A DNA stretch of 64,000 bases from Marsupella aquatica (taxonomy: Eukaryota > Plantae > Marchantiophyta): the NCBI GenBank assembly GCA_973895155.1, contig OZ316893.1, positions 11,103,660-11,167,659 on the forward strand, written 5' to 3'. The notes below the pieces were generated by a model. It saw nothing but the letters and a program-made list of their open reading frames with translations. It had not been told where the DNA came from and made no database searches. Both the position numbers and the translations under genes were made by a program. Shown here piece after piece: positions 37,663-52,156 of this stretch; the first letter of the stretch is position 1; each line of letters opens with the position of its first letter.

Positions 37663-37846
37663 GAGAGTCCATTTCTTATGTTTCTTTGAGCTCTATAGGC
37701 GGGGAGAGGATCTGGGGACGAGAGTCCATTTATCATGTTTGAGCCATTTATCATGTTTGAGCTCTTTAGGCGGGGAGAGGATCTGGGGACGAGAGTCCAT
37801 TTCTCATGTTTCTTTGAGCTCTTTAGGCGGGGAGAGGATCTGGGGC
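37663..37846. repeat. Tandem repeat of ~52-68 bp (3 copies)
   Basis: GAGAGTCCATTT...GAGCTCTTTAGGCGGGGAGAGGATCTGGGG repeated. Confidence 0.85.
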
Positions 37847-38608
37847 CTGATACGCACATTTTTTTTTGCCTTGAAAACCGAAAACAGGCCTGATACGCAC
37901 ATTTCGTATAAGTTGCTTGTTAGAATGATTCTGCATCAAGGTGAATTCAAAGCGGAGGCCGTTCTTTCCTTCGGATGCGCTCATTGGAAAGCGTTGGTGC
38001 AGCGACGTTAGGTGCACGTACATGGATGTACTAGAGCTTTGGTTAGATTTCTCATCAATTAGTGGAAGTGGGATCGATATGCCTGCAGATGTTTTGGGTA
38101 TGCGGCCACCTTTTGCTAGCCACCGCTATGAGAGGTTGAGTAACTCTGTCAACTGACAACCCACTTTATGAAACTTGCGCAGTTAGTGCTTGGTGACATC
38201 AACTCCAGGTTCATGGGGCAATTGTCATCGAGAACCTCGGAACTCCGATGCAAATTGTACGACAGGACGATACGTTGCAGTTCAGATCTGAGAACGCTGT
38301 ACGCACATCTGATCTGCAAAGCCTCTCCCGTAACATCGCTTCAAATGACCATCCCAGCAGCGTATGTACAGTTGAAGCCATCGGACGTTGGAGCTCTATT
38401 TGGGACCATACCGATTCTCAAGAACTGCCATCACGTCGCACAGACGACCCAATTCAAGTTGTATTCAGCCTGTTAAACATTCTGACGGACTCGAGGGTCT
38501 GAATGGGCTAATCGCTCTATCGTACGCATCCAGCGACCTCCTTGTCTGTCGTCTGCAGTCTGCAGGACGTGGTGTACTAGGATCCAGGAAAAGGAAGGAG
38601 CGACAATT

Positions 38609-41600
38609 ATGCAGACACCAAAGGTCCCCATTGTGTGGGCAGGGGTTTTCGCAGCGACCGTGCTCCTCAGCTATGTTGCCTGGGTCGGGTGTGTAAATGT
38701 GACTTATGATAACAGAGCACTTCTTATCGATGGGAAGCGGCGGTTTCTTCAATCTGGATCCATTCATTACCCCCGAAGCACGCCTCAGGTTTGCTATATC
38801 TTTCACCCGTCCCCGTTTACTCCTTACCTTTTACCGACGGTCGCTTGTGGAGCATGTATTGTGATTCAACCAGTCCGAATGAAGTGTCTCCTCGGAATCT
38901 TTAATTCGAACTTAATATGTCTATGATTGTAGGAATGATCGTCAGACTTGAGGTCAAATAAGTTTGTAGTGAACTGCCCAGAATGTCACGTGTACCACAC
39001 AAACTCTTCAGGCCTGCTCATAAAAGATCTTACCGGGTATATCGATCTGAACTAGTAGGAAAACTACATAGAACAGTTTTGGTAGCCACAGGAACGCCTA
39101 AATTGGATACCGGAGGTACGTTCGGCTCTCAACCTCTGCAATTTTGATCTCATGAGCAAGTAGCACGAGGAATCAATTGACAGTTTAAAATCCTGTCCAT
39201 TTTCTAAAGCAGTTGCATTGTGCTTATCATAATCTTTAGACTGTATCCCGTCACACTGATCGACCAGATACACAAAGAGAGCGGTTGTCATTTCCGTCAT
39301 AGAGATCAGCCTCGTACCTTAAGTTCTTCAGTCATAGACTTTAGTTACTTAGGCACAACGGACGGATCGAGATACATCCTTTCGTTCGTACCATGTGATC
39401 GTTTACAGACATAATTGCATCTTTTGGTCTACACGTAAGGCTAACTCCCTATTCATGCTATATATGTTTCACCTGGTAAGCTTTCGACCCCCAGACTTAA
39501 ATCGTCTGGTTTGTGCAATATTTCACCACCATGCATGATAATTTCGATTCATTGACAACGTACCTCTCGCGCGCAGATGTGGCCCAAACTACTCGATTAC
39601 GCCAAGCAGGGAGGACTTGATGTGGTTCAAACCTACGTCTTCTGGGACATCCACGAGCCGCACAAAGGAACGGTATATATCTCTCATTTTGCCATCGATC
39701 TCGTTGCAACTGTTGCACCTCCGGCTCTTAGTAAAGCCGGTTGACAACTTCGTTTAATACTGGGGACAGATCATGAGAACGTACTCTCGACATACTGTAT
39801 AAGACTGCATGCCCAGGCTGAGCATTTTTCTGTTAGAATTGCAATTTGTGGTCATCTGTCTGTTCTCACCAAGTAACGAGAATGTGCTCAATAGAACATT
39901 GTTAAGTAGATCAATTGTACAAGACCGTATCCCGAGTCATGGATTGCTCGTATTGTGTTGTTCAGCAGTGGACACGTCTGTCACTATGTTGGTTGTTGTG
40001 TTTGTGGGCCGCAGTACAATTTCGCAGGAAGATTTGATCTGGTGAAATTCGTCAAGGAGTGCGCCGCAGCGGGGCTTTACGTCAACCTGAGGATAGGCCC
40101 ATACGTCTGCGCCGAGTGGAACTTTGGGTGCGTACACTACTTCATGCCTCGTAGTAATTCGCTACAATCAGTTACAGTCGCTGCTCGGAGACCTGTCATA
40201 TTACGATTTCGTGGAGGTTGTAACGGAATACCACATTTATGAGGGTACCAACTATGTAAATAATCGAACAGCCCACAAACCAATGCCGATGAAAGTGGTC
40301 CAGACTACCGAATATGGAGATCCTAGATGATCTGCAAGCTACTTCGCATCGTTATAACGGAGCATGCCTAGCCTGGGTCTTCATATATTGCAGGCCCGTG
40401 ACATGGTTTTGGATCAGCATGTAGGGTCGTCACGGACTGTCCTTGGACGTGTAGGTGTTAGTCGCCTCTGCACCAAGGCCCTGATCGGGATAATGCTTGA
40501 CAGTTCGGAAGGTAGACGTACTGTCTTGCCCAGACGACGATGATGTTGATAGTGGATCAATGACCTGACCATCTGTTCCAATGACAAACCTTTCCGTATC
40601 CTGAGTTTACATGAGGTGAATAGGTGAATCGGTTTCGAGATGGATGGCTATACAGGGGCCACGCCGAGGGATTTCTATACGCTAGCCATATGACAGCATC
40701 AAAGTACAGAGCTAACAGAATGCAGTACGTTGTTCCCTTCATTTCATCGGAGCACCTCACTCTCTTAAGCCGAGCATTAAATAGGATGTCATCAAGGTGG
40801 GGAAGGTTGTTCAAACACACCATGTGCCCGGAGTTCGAGGTGCTTCCCGTGATATATTGCTCATTCATTATCCTACATCTGAGCATTTTCTCTCCCAGTC
40901 GGGCTCCCAGTTGGTCCCCGAGTTGGTCCCCACCACATTACCATCTATGGAAGTACCTGGAGATTCTAAGGACCCAACCCGAGGCTTGTCAACAATTTCT
41001 TTAGGATTGATCGACCAAGCCTCTCGTATGTTACATGGGACCACTGTCGTAATGTCCATTACGTACAGTTCAGCTAGTGGTTCTTCGAACGGGTCTTCGA
41101 ATTAATTACCAATGTTGGCATTCATGCCTTTTAGGAACGGGAAGAGATGATCCTTAGAAGGCAGAAAGCAAGTAGGAAAGCTAGTTACTTCTCGATCTAG
41201 GGCCTCCACCCCGAATACGGCCTGACTGATCAGCCGAGGCTAAATTACACTTCCGTGCAGTACGGTGTTCAAACAAAGCTCACTATCAAGATCAGGACAT
41301 CAAAATCTTGACAGACTGGGCTTCGATGTCGACATCAGTTTGAGAGATGGACTTCAAAGCTTTACCACTAGTTACAAATCGCAGCAGAATGTACCTATGT
41401 ACCAATCTATGAGTCGTTAGATTGCAAGGTCTGACAAAAACGTCTGGCCTGTAACTGTGAGAGATCCAAACTGGTTCGTTAGTGACAATCAAAATAGTCA
41501 GTGCAGCGCAAGCCTAGTTGGTTGTGGACGGATTTTGTGGGGCTGGCGACGTCTGAACGATCGAAAAGCAAGGACCAATTAATGGCCGTCGTTGTGTCGG

Positions 41601-44600
41601 ATGGAGCAGGGGATTCCCAGCATGGCTGCGCTTCGTTCCCAACATCGAATTTCGAACGGACAACGCTGCGTTCAAGGTAAGATATATAAGTTCGTACTTT
41701 CAAGACTTCTAATTAAGTCGACTTTATCTTCAAGTGCCGATTTTCTCTCCGTGGAGTGATTACAGCGCTCGTCCATGTTGCCAAGACGGTCATTCCAGTG
41801 TTAACAAATTCTTCGAAAATTTGATCAGTCTCGAGATTGGAGCCATGTTCTATGGTGCGATTTTGGTGCCATCGCTTAAGGCACATGCACTGCCAATAGT
41901 AGTCGATGCCTGGCTGGCCTGGGTGCACGCATGCATGTTGACCTTACGTGCTGCGATGTGCAGGCCGAAATGGCGCGCTTCGTGACAAATATTGTGAACA
42001 TGATGAAGGATCAGCAACTGTTCGCTAATCAAGGAGGTCCTATCATCTTGGCACAGGTCCGGTTGAGTCTCTCGCCCTCTCCTCCACTCCACTTCCTTAA
42101 TACTCAACCAGTGAATATTGTCAATTTTCACGCTTTCATGGTAGCCGTGACACGAGATTAGTGTACATTACGGACTAATAAGGCGATACCAAGGCTGTCT
42201 TTGGAGGGCATCAAAGAGTCGACTGTCCTGTCGTGAGCGGTCTGGTATGAGTGCCTGCTTCCAAACTTAGAGTATTGTGTACTGACTTAATTACCTCGAG
42301 TCGATTCTGGAAACTTTAACAAATTATCATCGTAATTCTTCACTACTATACTGAGTAACATTGAGAAGCATTTTGTCCGTGTCAAAATGCGGAATCTTGT
42401 GGAGAGATACTTTTCAGTTTGCTGTGCTTCTGCCTCTTAATTGTGTTTTGGTCAACTGCACTCATTAATCATGCGGTGCTTGTTTGACTAAATCACCTCC
42501 CTTTTCAACTTCCACCAAAATTTATACAGCAGGACAAAATAAAATAAAGTACAATGAAAGGAAAGAAAAAGAGGTCCAATGAGTACAAAACCAAACAAGA
42601 TAAAATAAATGCATGTGTAACCCTGAGAAAAGAAAAGAAGTGGGGTACCTCCCTTCAGGTATCTGCAATTTGTGTAACGTACTGTCTAGGGATTCCACTG
42701 TCCTATACATTCAAGTCCAAACGTGTTAATCGTTGGCCGAAGTGAAGTTTATGTGGGGTAAGCAAAATAAGATAAAAAAATTAAAAAAAATTAAAAAAAA
42801 AGAAAAAGAAAAAAAGAAAAGAAAAATAAGACAAAATAAGCATGCATTAGGATGAACATGCTATACGGGGACGGTGTAAGAGTGTTTGAGTGATATGTGG
42901 GCTACCAACTATAAATAAAAAACTGCAAGGAACAAAAGGCACCATACTGAGTGACAAGATTCCAGCTTGTACGAGTGGGACCGTGAAAGAATTCCATTAT
43001 AAAATGTGCATGATGAAGGGTCATACCCAAAAGTAACGGAAACCAAATGTTAACCATAACGGCAATGAAAAGAGGAGGCTGGAAAAAGTGCACAAGAAAT
43101 GAGGAGACTGGAAAAGAGTGAACATGAAAAGAGAGAAAAGCGAACATGAAAAAACAAATGAGTGAACATGAAAAGAGAAAAGAGTGAACCTGAAAAGAGG
43201 AGACTGGAAAAGATTGAAGATGAAAAAAGAAAAGAGTGGACACGAAAAGAGGAGGCTGGAAAGAGTTAACGTAAGGAAAGAGAACAAAATGCTGGAAACA
43301 GTAAAGATATCTTAATCTCGTACATGTTTGGGTCATAGTTGAGACTAACTATGGTTAAGATTAATTCCCAAGTAATTTATTCATTACTACCTTGGCCATT
43401 TCGAAATAGTTCTGTAGGTCTAATCTAGTGACTAGTAGTACAAGGGGGACACCACCTCCTTTCTTGTAATAGCTCTGCTTTGTTTCGCCTTCATGTTATC
43501 TCTCACCCCTTAATTCTCCAGGATCTCTACTTTATTTGCTTCCATCTTAGTCCCCGCCCCCCGCAACTGAGTACCTTTTTCCCTTTCTTACCATCCATAT
43601 CCATGTGGCTGGGAAAACAACGGACTTAGTAGTTTAACATCTTAATCTTTAGAGTTTAAAGCTAGGATAAAATCTCCAAACCAAACACTTAGGGAGAAGA
43701 GAATTTCGTGTCTCTCAATAACTATGTTTGGATAAAATCTGGCCCAGAGAGGCATGAGGCTAGCGACCTCAGTGAAAATTGACCATATTTGAAACGCCCT
43801 AGCTAGCGACCTCCCTAAACAAGAGAGTGGCTTGAAAATTGATTGTATTTGGAAAGCCCTGTTTTGTGGGCAATGATCGGTGGCAAGAGGGACCGTGTGA
43901 GGTATTATTTGAATGTCAGATCCGTCCACTCATAAAGGCCATAAGAGGGCCGCCACCCCCCAGCCCCGGCTGTCCGTAAAATCTCAGTGAGATCGATTCC
44001 TGAACTCCTGGAATGGGATTGGAAAAGCCCAAAAGCTGGATTGCCTTTCGGCTTTGGCAGAGGGAGCGCCGCTCTGCCCGCCACAAAATCGCACTTCGTT
44101 CTTCGGCGCGCTGATGAACTTGCTGTTTTTGGGATAATGGACTTCGATAGTTTGATGCTGTCCAGTGTCGACTGAAGAGCCTCCCAGGTAATCTTAGTCA
44201 CGAGTTCCTGACTAATTTGAGTGATTGCGACAGTTTGCTACTGATGGAATTCAGCATGAATCGTGACTTCACGAAGCTGGTCCAACTGGACATGTAACTT
44301 AGTGTCATCAAGCCTTTCCAACTTGCAATGTTGGACGGATCTCGTCGACGACGACGAGAAGCTGTAAAACACTCGCTGCTGCAAATCCATGGTCCCTGTC
44401 TACTAGTTTACAGTACTAGAATATCCTCAAATTGAGCTGACTGCACAATGTATAGTCTCTCCAGTACATCACAATCTTGAAAATTGGATGTGTATATATA
44501 ATTGAAAGATAAAATCGCAACAATGCTGGAAATGAACGTGTGCGAAACCATCATTTTCATGTCACATTTCTGTTTTCCTCGCTTAATTTTCTTCGCTTTT

Positions 44601-47600
44601 CTTTTCGCCGTAACGCGGTTCTAAAGGCGGAAGCATTAACACATTATCCATGCTTTGTACAATGGCGCACGGTAGCCAGAATTCCCGGTGTGAAGAGCGG
44701 ACCTCCAGCAGTTTGTGACTGTTTAGTACCGATCATGGTCGGGATCATGGTCTACCAAGACCTGAAGCTCCAATGGGCTAAGTGCTGAGTGAAAATGCTT
44801 TTCAGCATTAACTTAATTGGAAAGATCTTCTTTAGATGACCATAGTAGCTAGATAATGAGCGCTATTTCTGTCCGATGGGAGAATTGAACAAGTCCAGTG
44901 AATATATTTTGTTGAAGACTAAGCATCATATGCACACTGCAGATTGAAAACGAATATGGGAACGTGGACTCTTCTTTCGGGAACTCGGCGTTCACGTATA
45001 TCCAATGGGCCGCGGATTTGGCCGAGAGTTTCGACGTTGGTGTGCCATGGATAATGTGCCAACAGAAAAATGCACCTGGTGACATTGTAAGAAATCTTCT
45101 CAGAGTGCCTCTTCAATCCATTATCGGAGAAGGATTGAAATCGAATCATACAGAGAAACAATGCCACGTGCATGACCTTTCAAATCCGTTCTTATTTGAC
45201 TGAGGAGAAACGTACTTTGTTTTGATTGTAAATTCCCGGCAAATATTCATCTTTCAAGGGTGTCAATGTGTGCTCTTAACGGCGATCTGGTTGAGTGAAG
45301 ATTTAATTAAATGGTCTGTGATTCTGTGTATTGTAATTGCTGATGTTGCGCGGGGTAATGCTGATTGCAGATCAACACCTGCAATGGCTTTTACTGTGAT
45401 GATTTCACCCCCAACTCTCCCACCAAGCCCAAGTTTTGGACGGAGAACTGGAGCGGATGGTAACACTCGATGCCTTGAATGGACAATCACATGTAAAAAT
45501 CGCTATGTTTCATTCAAAATCTCTCTCGGTGTAGCTAACGTGCCCGCGATGCAACTATGAAAGTGTCCATATGTCACGGGGTTGGAAGATTCTGTGGTTC
45601 ATGAAAGTTCCATTTCTATTGATTCTCTCTCGTTACTGTTCTGGTCACTGCTTTACTACTAAGAGATTTCAGGAATTGATTTCATTCCATTTGAAATTAA
45701 GACAAATTGAGATGGTCAATAGGTGGCAGATCATGCATATAGACGTACTGTGTTAGTTGAGAACGTTCTTATCTAGCTTGGTCACACCCTTCTGACATAA
45801 TATAATTCCCACACTTCCTCAATTTAGTGACACTAAGCAATGAGGCCTCGAGTCAATTCACATTTCATCAGTGCAGTAGTGATTTTACATCTCTTAAACT
45901 AACTTCCTGAGCAGGTTCCAGAACTGGGGACGCCAGGTACCGTCCCGACCGGCAGAAGACGTTGCGTTTGCAGTGGCTCAGTTCTTTGCGCAAGGTGGTG
46001 GCTTTCAAAACTACTACATGGTTCGTCAAACATTCGAATTACTACTGAGGGCAGATTGGGCTGTACTATATAATGAATTGGATTGTCATTTTGAACTCTT
46101 TCGGGATATCACGCCGCAGTCAAACCCGCTGTCAAAGTCTTGCGGTAGTTTTATTACTATCATTCCGTCACCCTGGCTTAACAATGTTGCTCATGGCCCT
46201 CTTTTTGTGATACTCTTTAGCCTCGTATTTCTCATAGGCAAGAACTCTGAATTAGTTCTATCTTAATCCATTTGTATCTCTTCGATGGTTCACGAACTTG
46301 TGCGCAATTCGTTGTTGTAGATTATGTTGGTGTTGTTGTAAGCCATTGACATTCATGCTTCCTGTATAATTGTCGGTTCTCAGTGCTGTAGGTCGATGCG
46401 TTTTCTAGTCTTAATCAACAATATCATGGACTCTATTGTCTGCATGCATTAATTCAGTACCATGGAGGCACCAACTTTGGACGCACAGCTGGAGAGTGGA
46501 TCACGACTAGCTATGACTACGATGCACCTCTGGACCAATATGGTAATCAACCTCAAGCAAAAGTATCTCGCACCGAAGCTTGCCTCCTTTTTCCGGTTCT
46601 TGTTTTCGAGGCTCCTACACTCCGATACTTTTTCTCTAAAACCAAGTCTATGTGTGCTTTGAATCAAAAGATCTGAGTTGAGTAGTGTCTCGGAGTGTCT
46701 TTGTCTGTCAGGTGTTATGCTTACTCATAGCCTATCTCATTAGGTAGGCGGGTAGAGTGAGCCAACGACGTCTTTGTTATGATGCACCTGAGATGTTGCA
46801 TAGAGAAGTCCGCACATAGTTCCCCGAATTGACGGGCGCAGAAACTGTCAATGATTTTGTTTTCATTCGTTTTCAATTCGAGCTTGACTTTCTGATGTAT
46901 TTGTTTGTGTGTCATGAGCAGGGCAACCGAGGCAGCCGAAGTGGGGACACCTGAAAGACACCCATGCAGCCATCAAATTGTGCGAGCCTGCTCTGTCCGT
47001 TGTAGACACCGAGCCTTTCCACTCGTGGTTGGGCCACGCACAAGAGGTACATCATTGAGCATTAGTGGCCCCGGGCCAGAATTGATCGAATCCTTCATAT
47101 TCGACAGTTTGTCAAATGCTCTCTGGTAGCTAACTAGCTTGCTCCAAGTCCATAAAGTTCACCATCAATAGACAGTCCTAGATCGAGGATGTTTCTCTGT
47201 ACTTCCATAATTTGCTTTTGTTTCTTTTCTTAATGGAATTAGTTGATTAATAGATGATCCACACGAGCGAATTTGCAGGATTACTTCTTAGAGGACACTC
47301 ATTGGCGACAATGCTAACAGCTGTAGTGATTGCTCATGGATCATTGTGTATGTTCTCGACGATGGAGCAGGCTTACGTCTACGCCGACTATCAGGGAGCC
47401 ACTATACAGGAGATTTTAAGTCGCTCCACCATATGTGCAGCGTTCATTCGGAACAAGGATACTGGCGACACAAACACGACGGTCCAATTTGGCGATCAGT
47501 TCTTCGACCTGCCACCTTGGTCCATCAGCATTCTGCCGGACTGCAGAAGCGTAGTCCACAACACTGCCATGGTCAGTGAACACCAAAAATATTTGCATAA

Positions 47601-50600
47601 TGAGAAAATCGTAAATATGCATAAAGACTCTTCCAACTGCAGCACTCGTCACAAATTGACAAATGTTCCTTACAATATACATCCTTAAGATAACAATAGG
47701 CAGAAGTGAAGCAGCGATGCCTGTGCACAAAACTAAAAAAAAAATGGAATCTGGGTTTCAGCATTTCTTTCACCAGTGAAATATCTCTCGAGATCGATTT
47801 TGTCCTGGCCTCACCACAGGGAGGATGTAGTAACACCACAGGGGATAAAAGTGGGGATTGCGGCCAAGTTGGGAAATGTACACTAAAACTTCAGCCGCAT
47901 CCCATCAATCCGGTGACTATGGTGTGGAACGGAAATAAACAAGCTTTGTAAATTTGCTCTGTGCCGAAAATAATGATGCTCTGGTTTTCAATGCAGGTAA
48001 GTACTCAAAAGATGGTAATGAAAATGGTACCAAGCAAGGCTACTAACCCTTTATCAAAACAATGGAGTGCAGCACAAGGTCTACAGTGGTCATATTATCA
48101 AGAACCTGCGTTTGGCACTTGGGCATCCCCTTCCAACTACACTGGACTCCAGGAGCAGATTAATGTGACACTGGACTCGTCCGATTATCTGTGGTATACT
48201 ACCAGGTAGAGGATTCAACTCTGTTTTGTACTCTTCAGCAGTTCTCAGTTCATAACTCCTGTCTGAAAATTTGAGACAGAACACAAAGTAACAGAACGGT
48301 AGCTTGGTGGAGAACAAACTTCATCCAATCCCTTCGTTCTCTTTATTCTTAGCTGGTCCCAGAAAAAAATTGTGCTGTTCCTGAAATTATTTAAAAAAAA
48401 AGTGCTTTAGAATGGTTTAATGCAACATATATGTACATTACAAATGTTTCATCCGATGCCCTCTCCTGAATCTTCTTTCGCAAATCCTCGTACATATTCG
48501 CAGCAGTTTGACTGACGATCAAATTCTTACAAATTAGTGTCTGTTACTGCATGCCAAAAATGATCTTGACACTCATTGTAAGAGTATTGTTGGACTAATG
48601 TAGTCCCCCATCATCTTACCACTGATCTTTGTGCTCCCTCCCAATGGCAGTTTCCAGCTGCCACGGGCATGGCAAGGGAATCTAGTGGTGGACGAAGTGA
48701 AAGACACCCTGCACGTGTTTGTCAACGGGGACTACGCTGGTACGTTTACCGTCATAGAATGGACAGCTCATAAATCGATGCTTGCAAATGGCCACAGAAA
48801 TGCTGCTAATTAACTTAGTCAAGGTCGAGCGAACGTACTTTGAATCCAGTCTCGGATATTGAAGTGCAGGAACCGCATTGCTGCAATCCTCGAAAAATCT
48901 CCAAAAATTCCAATAACAAACTGCTGCAATTGAGGAATTCTCTGTTTCTCTCTTCTACAGCAAACGAGTGGCAATATCTTAAGTAGAACTCTAGGTAGAA
49001 CTCTAAGCTTGTACATAGCCAATAAGAAGAACTGGTTTTAGTAAAAGGATTCAACGTATCACGTTTATGAATGAATCCCGCGCAGACTTTGTTCTGCCAG
49101 CTGTATCAGCAGGTTTCATTCTTGAATCGATCTGCGGCTAATCTCGTGTCTTGGGATGCATTTTGGAACTGTAGGGAGTCCTCCTCAGACGTTTCTGACC
49201 ACATTCAAGCTGCCTATAAATCTTTCCCAGGGCAACAACACCATATGTGTCCTTTCCTCTACAGTTGGATTACAGGTGTGCATCTCAAGCTGTGTGTCGG
49301 TCTTCCTTTCAGTGACGAACTCAACTCAGTACATATATGGTATGTTAGAGATAAAGGGTTGACATCCGAACTGGAAATTCATTTGAAAGGGCGGAAAAGT
49401 GGGAGTTAAGTGCAGTATTTAGGGGAGTGGCTGAAATAGTTTTGATGTTCATGTGAAGAACTATGGAGCATTTTTGGAGAAGGAAGATGCAGGAATTGGG
49501 CTGGTCCAATTGACGGACAGCAGCTCAAACAGACGTCTTGACTTGAGCAAGCGTGTATGGCAATATCAGGTGGGTGTCTATCTCTACACAATTATCCGAG
49601 ATCCGCCCGCATCTTCCGAGTACTTCATCATGTGAGCATGAACATTTCATACTGTTTAAGCTAATGAGCAAATGCTATTTAGATGGAGAGGGTGTCTCCA
49701 TGTTGTGGCGCGAGCTGTTTTGGAAGGCTGTGCTTACTCAAAATATGTAACACATTGGAGTTACAAGAACTGAGATGGGAGATATTGCAAGGAAAATCGA
49801 ACCGGATCGTGATGAAATGCCATTTAAGAATGGTCGTTGCAGGCAGGCTTGAAGTTGAACATTATCTAGACAAAGAATTGCATGCATCATCATGTGTTCA
49901 GAAAGTAGCAAAACAATACGTGGTCTAATGTTCCAGTATCCAGGCTACTAGATAGTCATGTCCAGGTCTTAAGTTTGCCGATGTTAGCATATGTGGATGT
50001 ATGTGACAAAGTAGATCACTCTGCAGGTTGGAATGCAAGGGGAGAACTTGAACCTGTTCACAGTGGCAGGGTCGAAAAGTGTACCTTGGAAATCAGGCCT
50101 TACTGCCATCCACAAGGCGCTTGTCTGGTACAAGGTATGGAGCTTACAACTTAACGATGGGAGTTTTCGTCGGTGTTGTGTGAGAGCGATATTTTCCAGT
50201 GATACACGAAATCGGTGTCAATCTCCAGAATTCTGGATAACATTTGTGGCGAATTATTATGTGCTAGTTTTGAAGTCTCTCCGGAAGTTAAATCTTAATA
50301 TTAGTGCAAAATCTCATCTACCATGACGATGTGCTTGAATTCCCTAGACCATGGTGGACGCTCCAGCTGGAGACCTTCCTGTGGCGCTGGATCTAGGGAG
50401 TATGGGCAAGGGCCAGGCTTGGATCAATGGAAACAGCATAGGACGTTTCTGGACTATTCCACAGTCCAATCTGCAAAGTTTTCCCGGAGGAACCTGTTCA
50501 ACTGATTGTGACTATCGTGGGGAATATAGTCCTTCTCGTTGTACTCTTGGTTGTGGAGAACCCTCGCAGCGCTGGTGAGTTTTAGAGCAACTTAATGAAG

Positions 50601-51581
50601 AGGAACCTTCTTCATCGCATATTTGTCCCACAATATCTTCACTTGTAGATCAAATTGTTACAGTTCACCACAACGCCTCGGTGAACTGGACACGCTTCAT
50701 CCAATTTGATTGACTCTTTCTAGTTGAGAAACGTAATACTTAGTAGAGTTGTGACTATTTCGTATTTCAGGGCCGATTTTCTTGACCACATGATGTTGAA
50801 CATTCAGGTACCACGTTCCTCGAGATTGGCTCCAACCCACAAACAACTTCCTCGTCATATTTGAGGAGGTAGGAGGTGATGTGAGTAAGGTCGCTCTGGT
50901 TACGCAAGCACCGGAGAAAGTGTGTGCCCACATGTCTGAAGCTCATCCGGCTGGTATGTTTTCCCGAGCTGCAGCTGTAAAATCCCCAGGCACTCCCCAG
51001 AACGTGGAACCACCCACGCTACATCTGGACTGTACTCCAGGGCACAATATATCCGAAGTGATCTTTGGGAGCTTCGGAAATCCTTCTGGAACCTGTGGAA
51101 GCTTCCAGACAGGCAACTGTCATGCGCCATTATCTGCAGAACTCCTATATCTGGTAAGTCTATTTGATCCTTCAAGAGGATGACTACCCACTGTCCTAGG
51201 ATTGTAGTCACATTCTGAAAAGACTGTAAACATCATGCTCTTCACCTGTTTGAAATGGCTCCAGAAGCACAAAGGTTGAGCCAAACTTAACCTATCTCAT
51301 TGAGAGAGTCTAAATGTTATTGGATGAGGTATGAGTAGGGAAGATGCCAGACTATATTCGGGAAGCTAAGGAGCAAGATTTTGCCTTTCGTTTAACCAAA
51401 ACTAATGAAGTGAATTCTGAATGTGCACGTATGTGGTACGTATCAGGCATGTGTTGGAAGACAGCAGTGCTCGGTGGAAGTCTCTTGGACCAATTTTGCT
51501 CTGGAGGATCCTTGCCCTCAGGCACCAAAGAGCCTTGCAGTCGAGGCTCTGTGCACTCCGACAGGAAAAGATACTCAATAG
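38609..51581 (+). CDS. BGAL: Glycoside hydrolase family 35 beta-galactosidase with C-terminal SUEL/Gal-lectin domain, 19 exons
   Basis: Signal peptide, [13 protein letters not shown]...[52 protein letters not shown]|IENEYG (acid/base E), WTENWSGWF (nucleophile E), [43 protein letters not shown], lectin domain ending ...SLAVEALC; GT-AG junctions in frame; stop TAG at 51579-51581. Confidence 0.97.
42520..44400. mobile_element. Probable TE-derived insertion in BGAL intron 5
   Basis: Composition shift, poly-A runs, purine-rich repeats (AAAAGAGGAGGCTGGAAAA) at 43060-43270 and a broken minus-strand ORF; termini not defined. Confidence 0.35.
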
Positions 51582-52156
51582 CAGTACGTACTGTAAGTTG
51601 GTACACGTACAATTCACATTGAAAAGCCACATTGTGCCAATTTCTTGTGGCATAGTAGATTGAAACGAGGATCTGATAGGTAACAGAGGATAGTACAAAG
51701 GGGATGTTTCTTCGATGTAAATGCATATTGAGATATTTCCTCACTGTTACCATGTATACGGTGGGATACAAAATAATAATAAATATTAGACTCAGAATAT
51801 GGCACGTCGAAATCTTTGCTGGAAATGGACATTTTATTGCTTACACAGGAGCCTTCCTTTCGTCCATATGTCTGTTCACAGGGGCAATGCTGGGTATTTG
51901 GGCCTCCTACCATGCGGCCAGGAAAAACCTCACTGCCCATGTGAAAAGAGTTGAACTCACAATCAGGATTGTGCAGCACAATCGCGCACAAACACAGAGT
52001 CATAACACTCGAGTCAGATCTCACGTACACAGCAGCAGCCTTGGGTGGGATCTCGCATGCCGACTCACAGGGGCACAAGGCAAGCAGCGCAACGCTGGCG
52101 CTTGGAATTGAGTAAGTATAGAGTCGGGCCGGACTCAATTACGGAGGTTCACCTTG

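Noticed and set aside
42902-43336. Phe/Ser-rich ORFs in the BGAL intron
   Set aside because: Translation of purine-rich repeats; no domain signal
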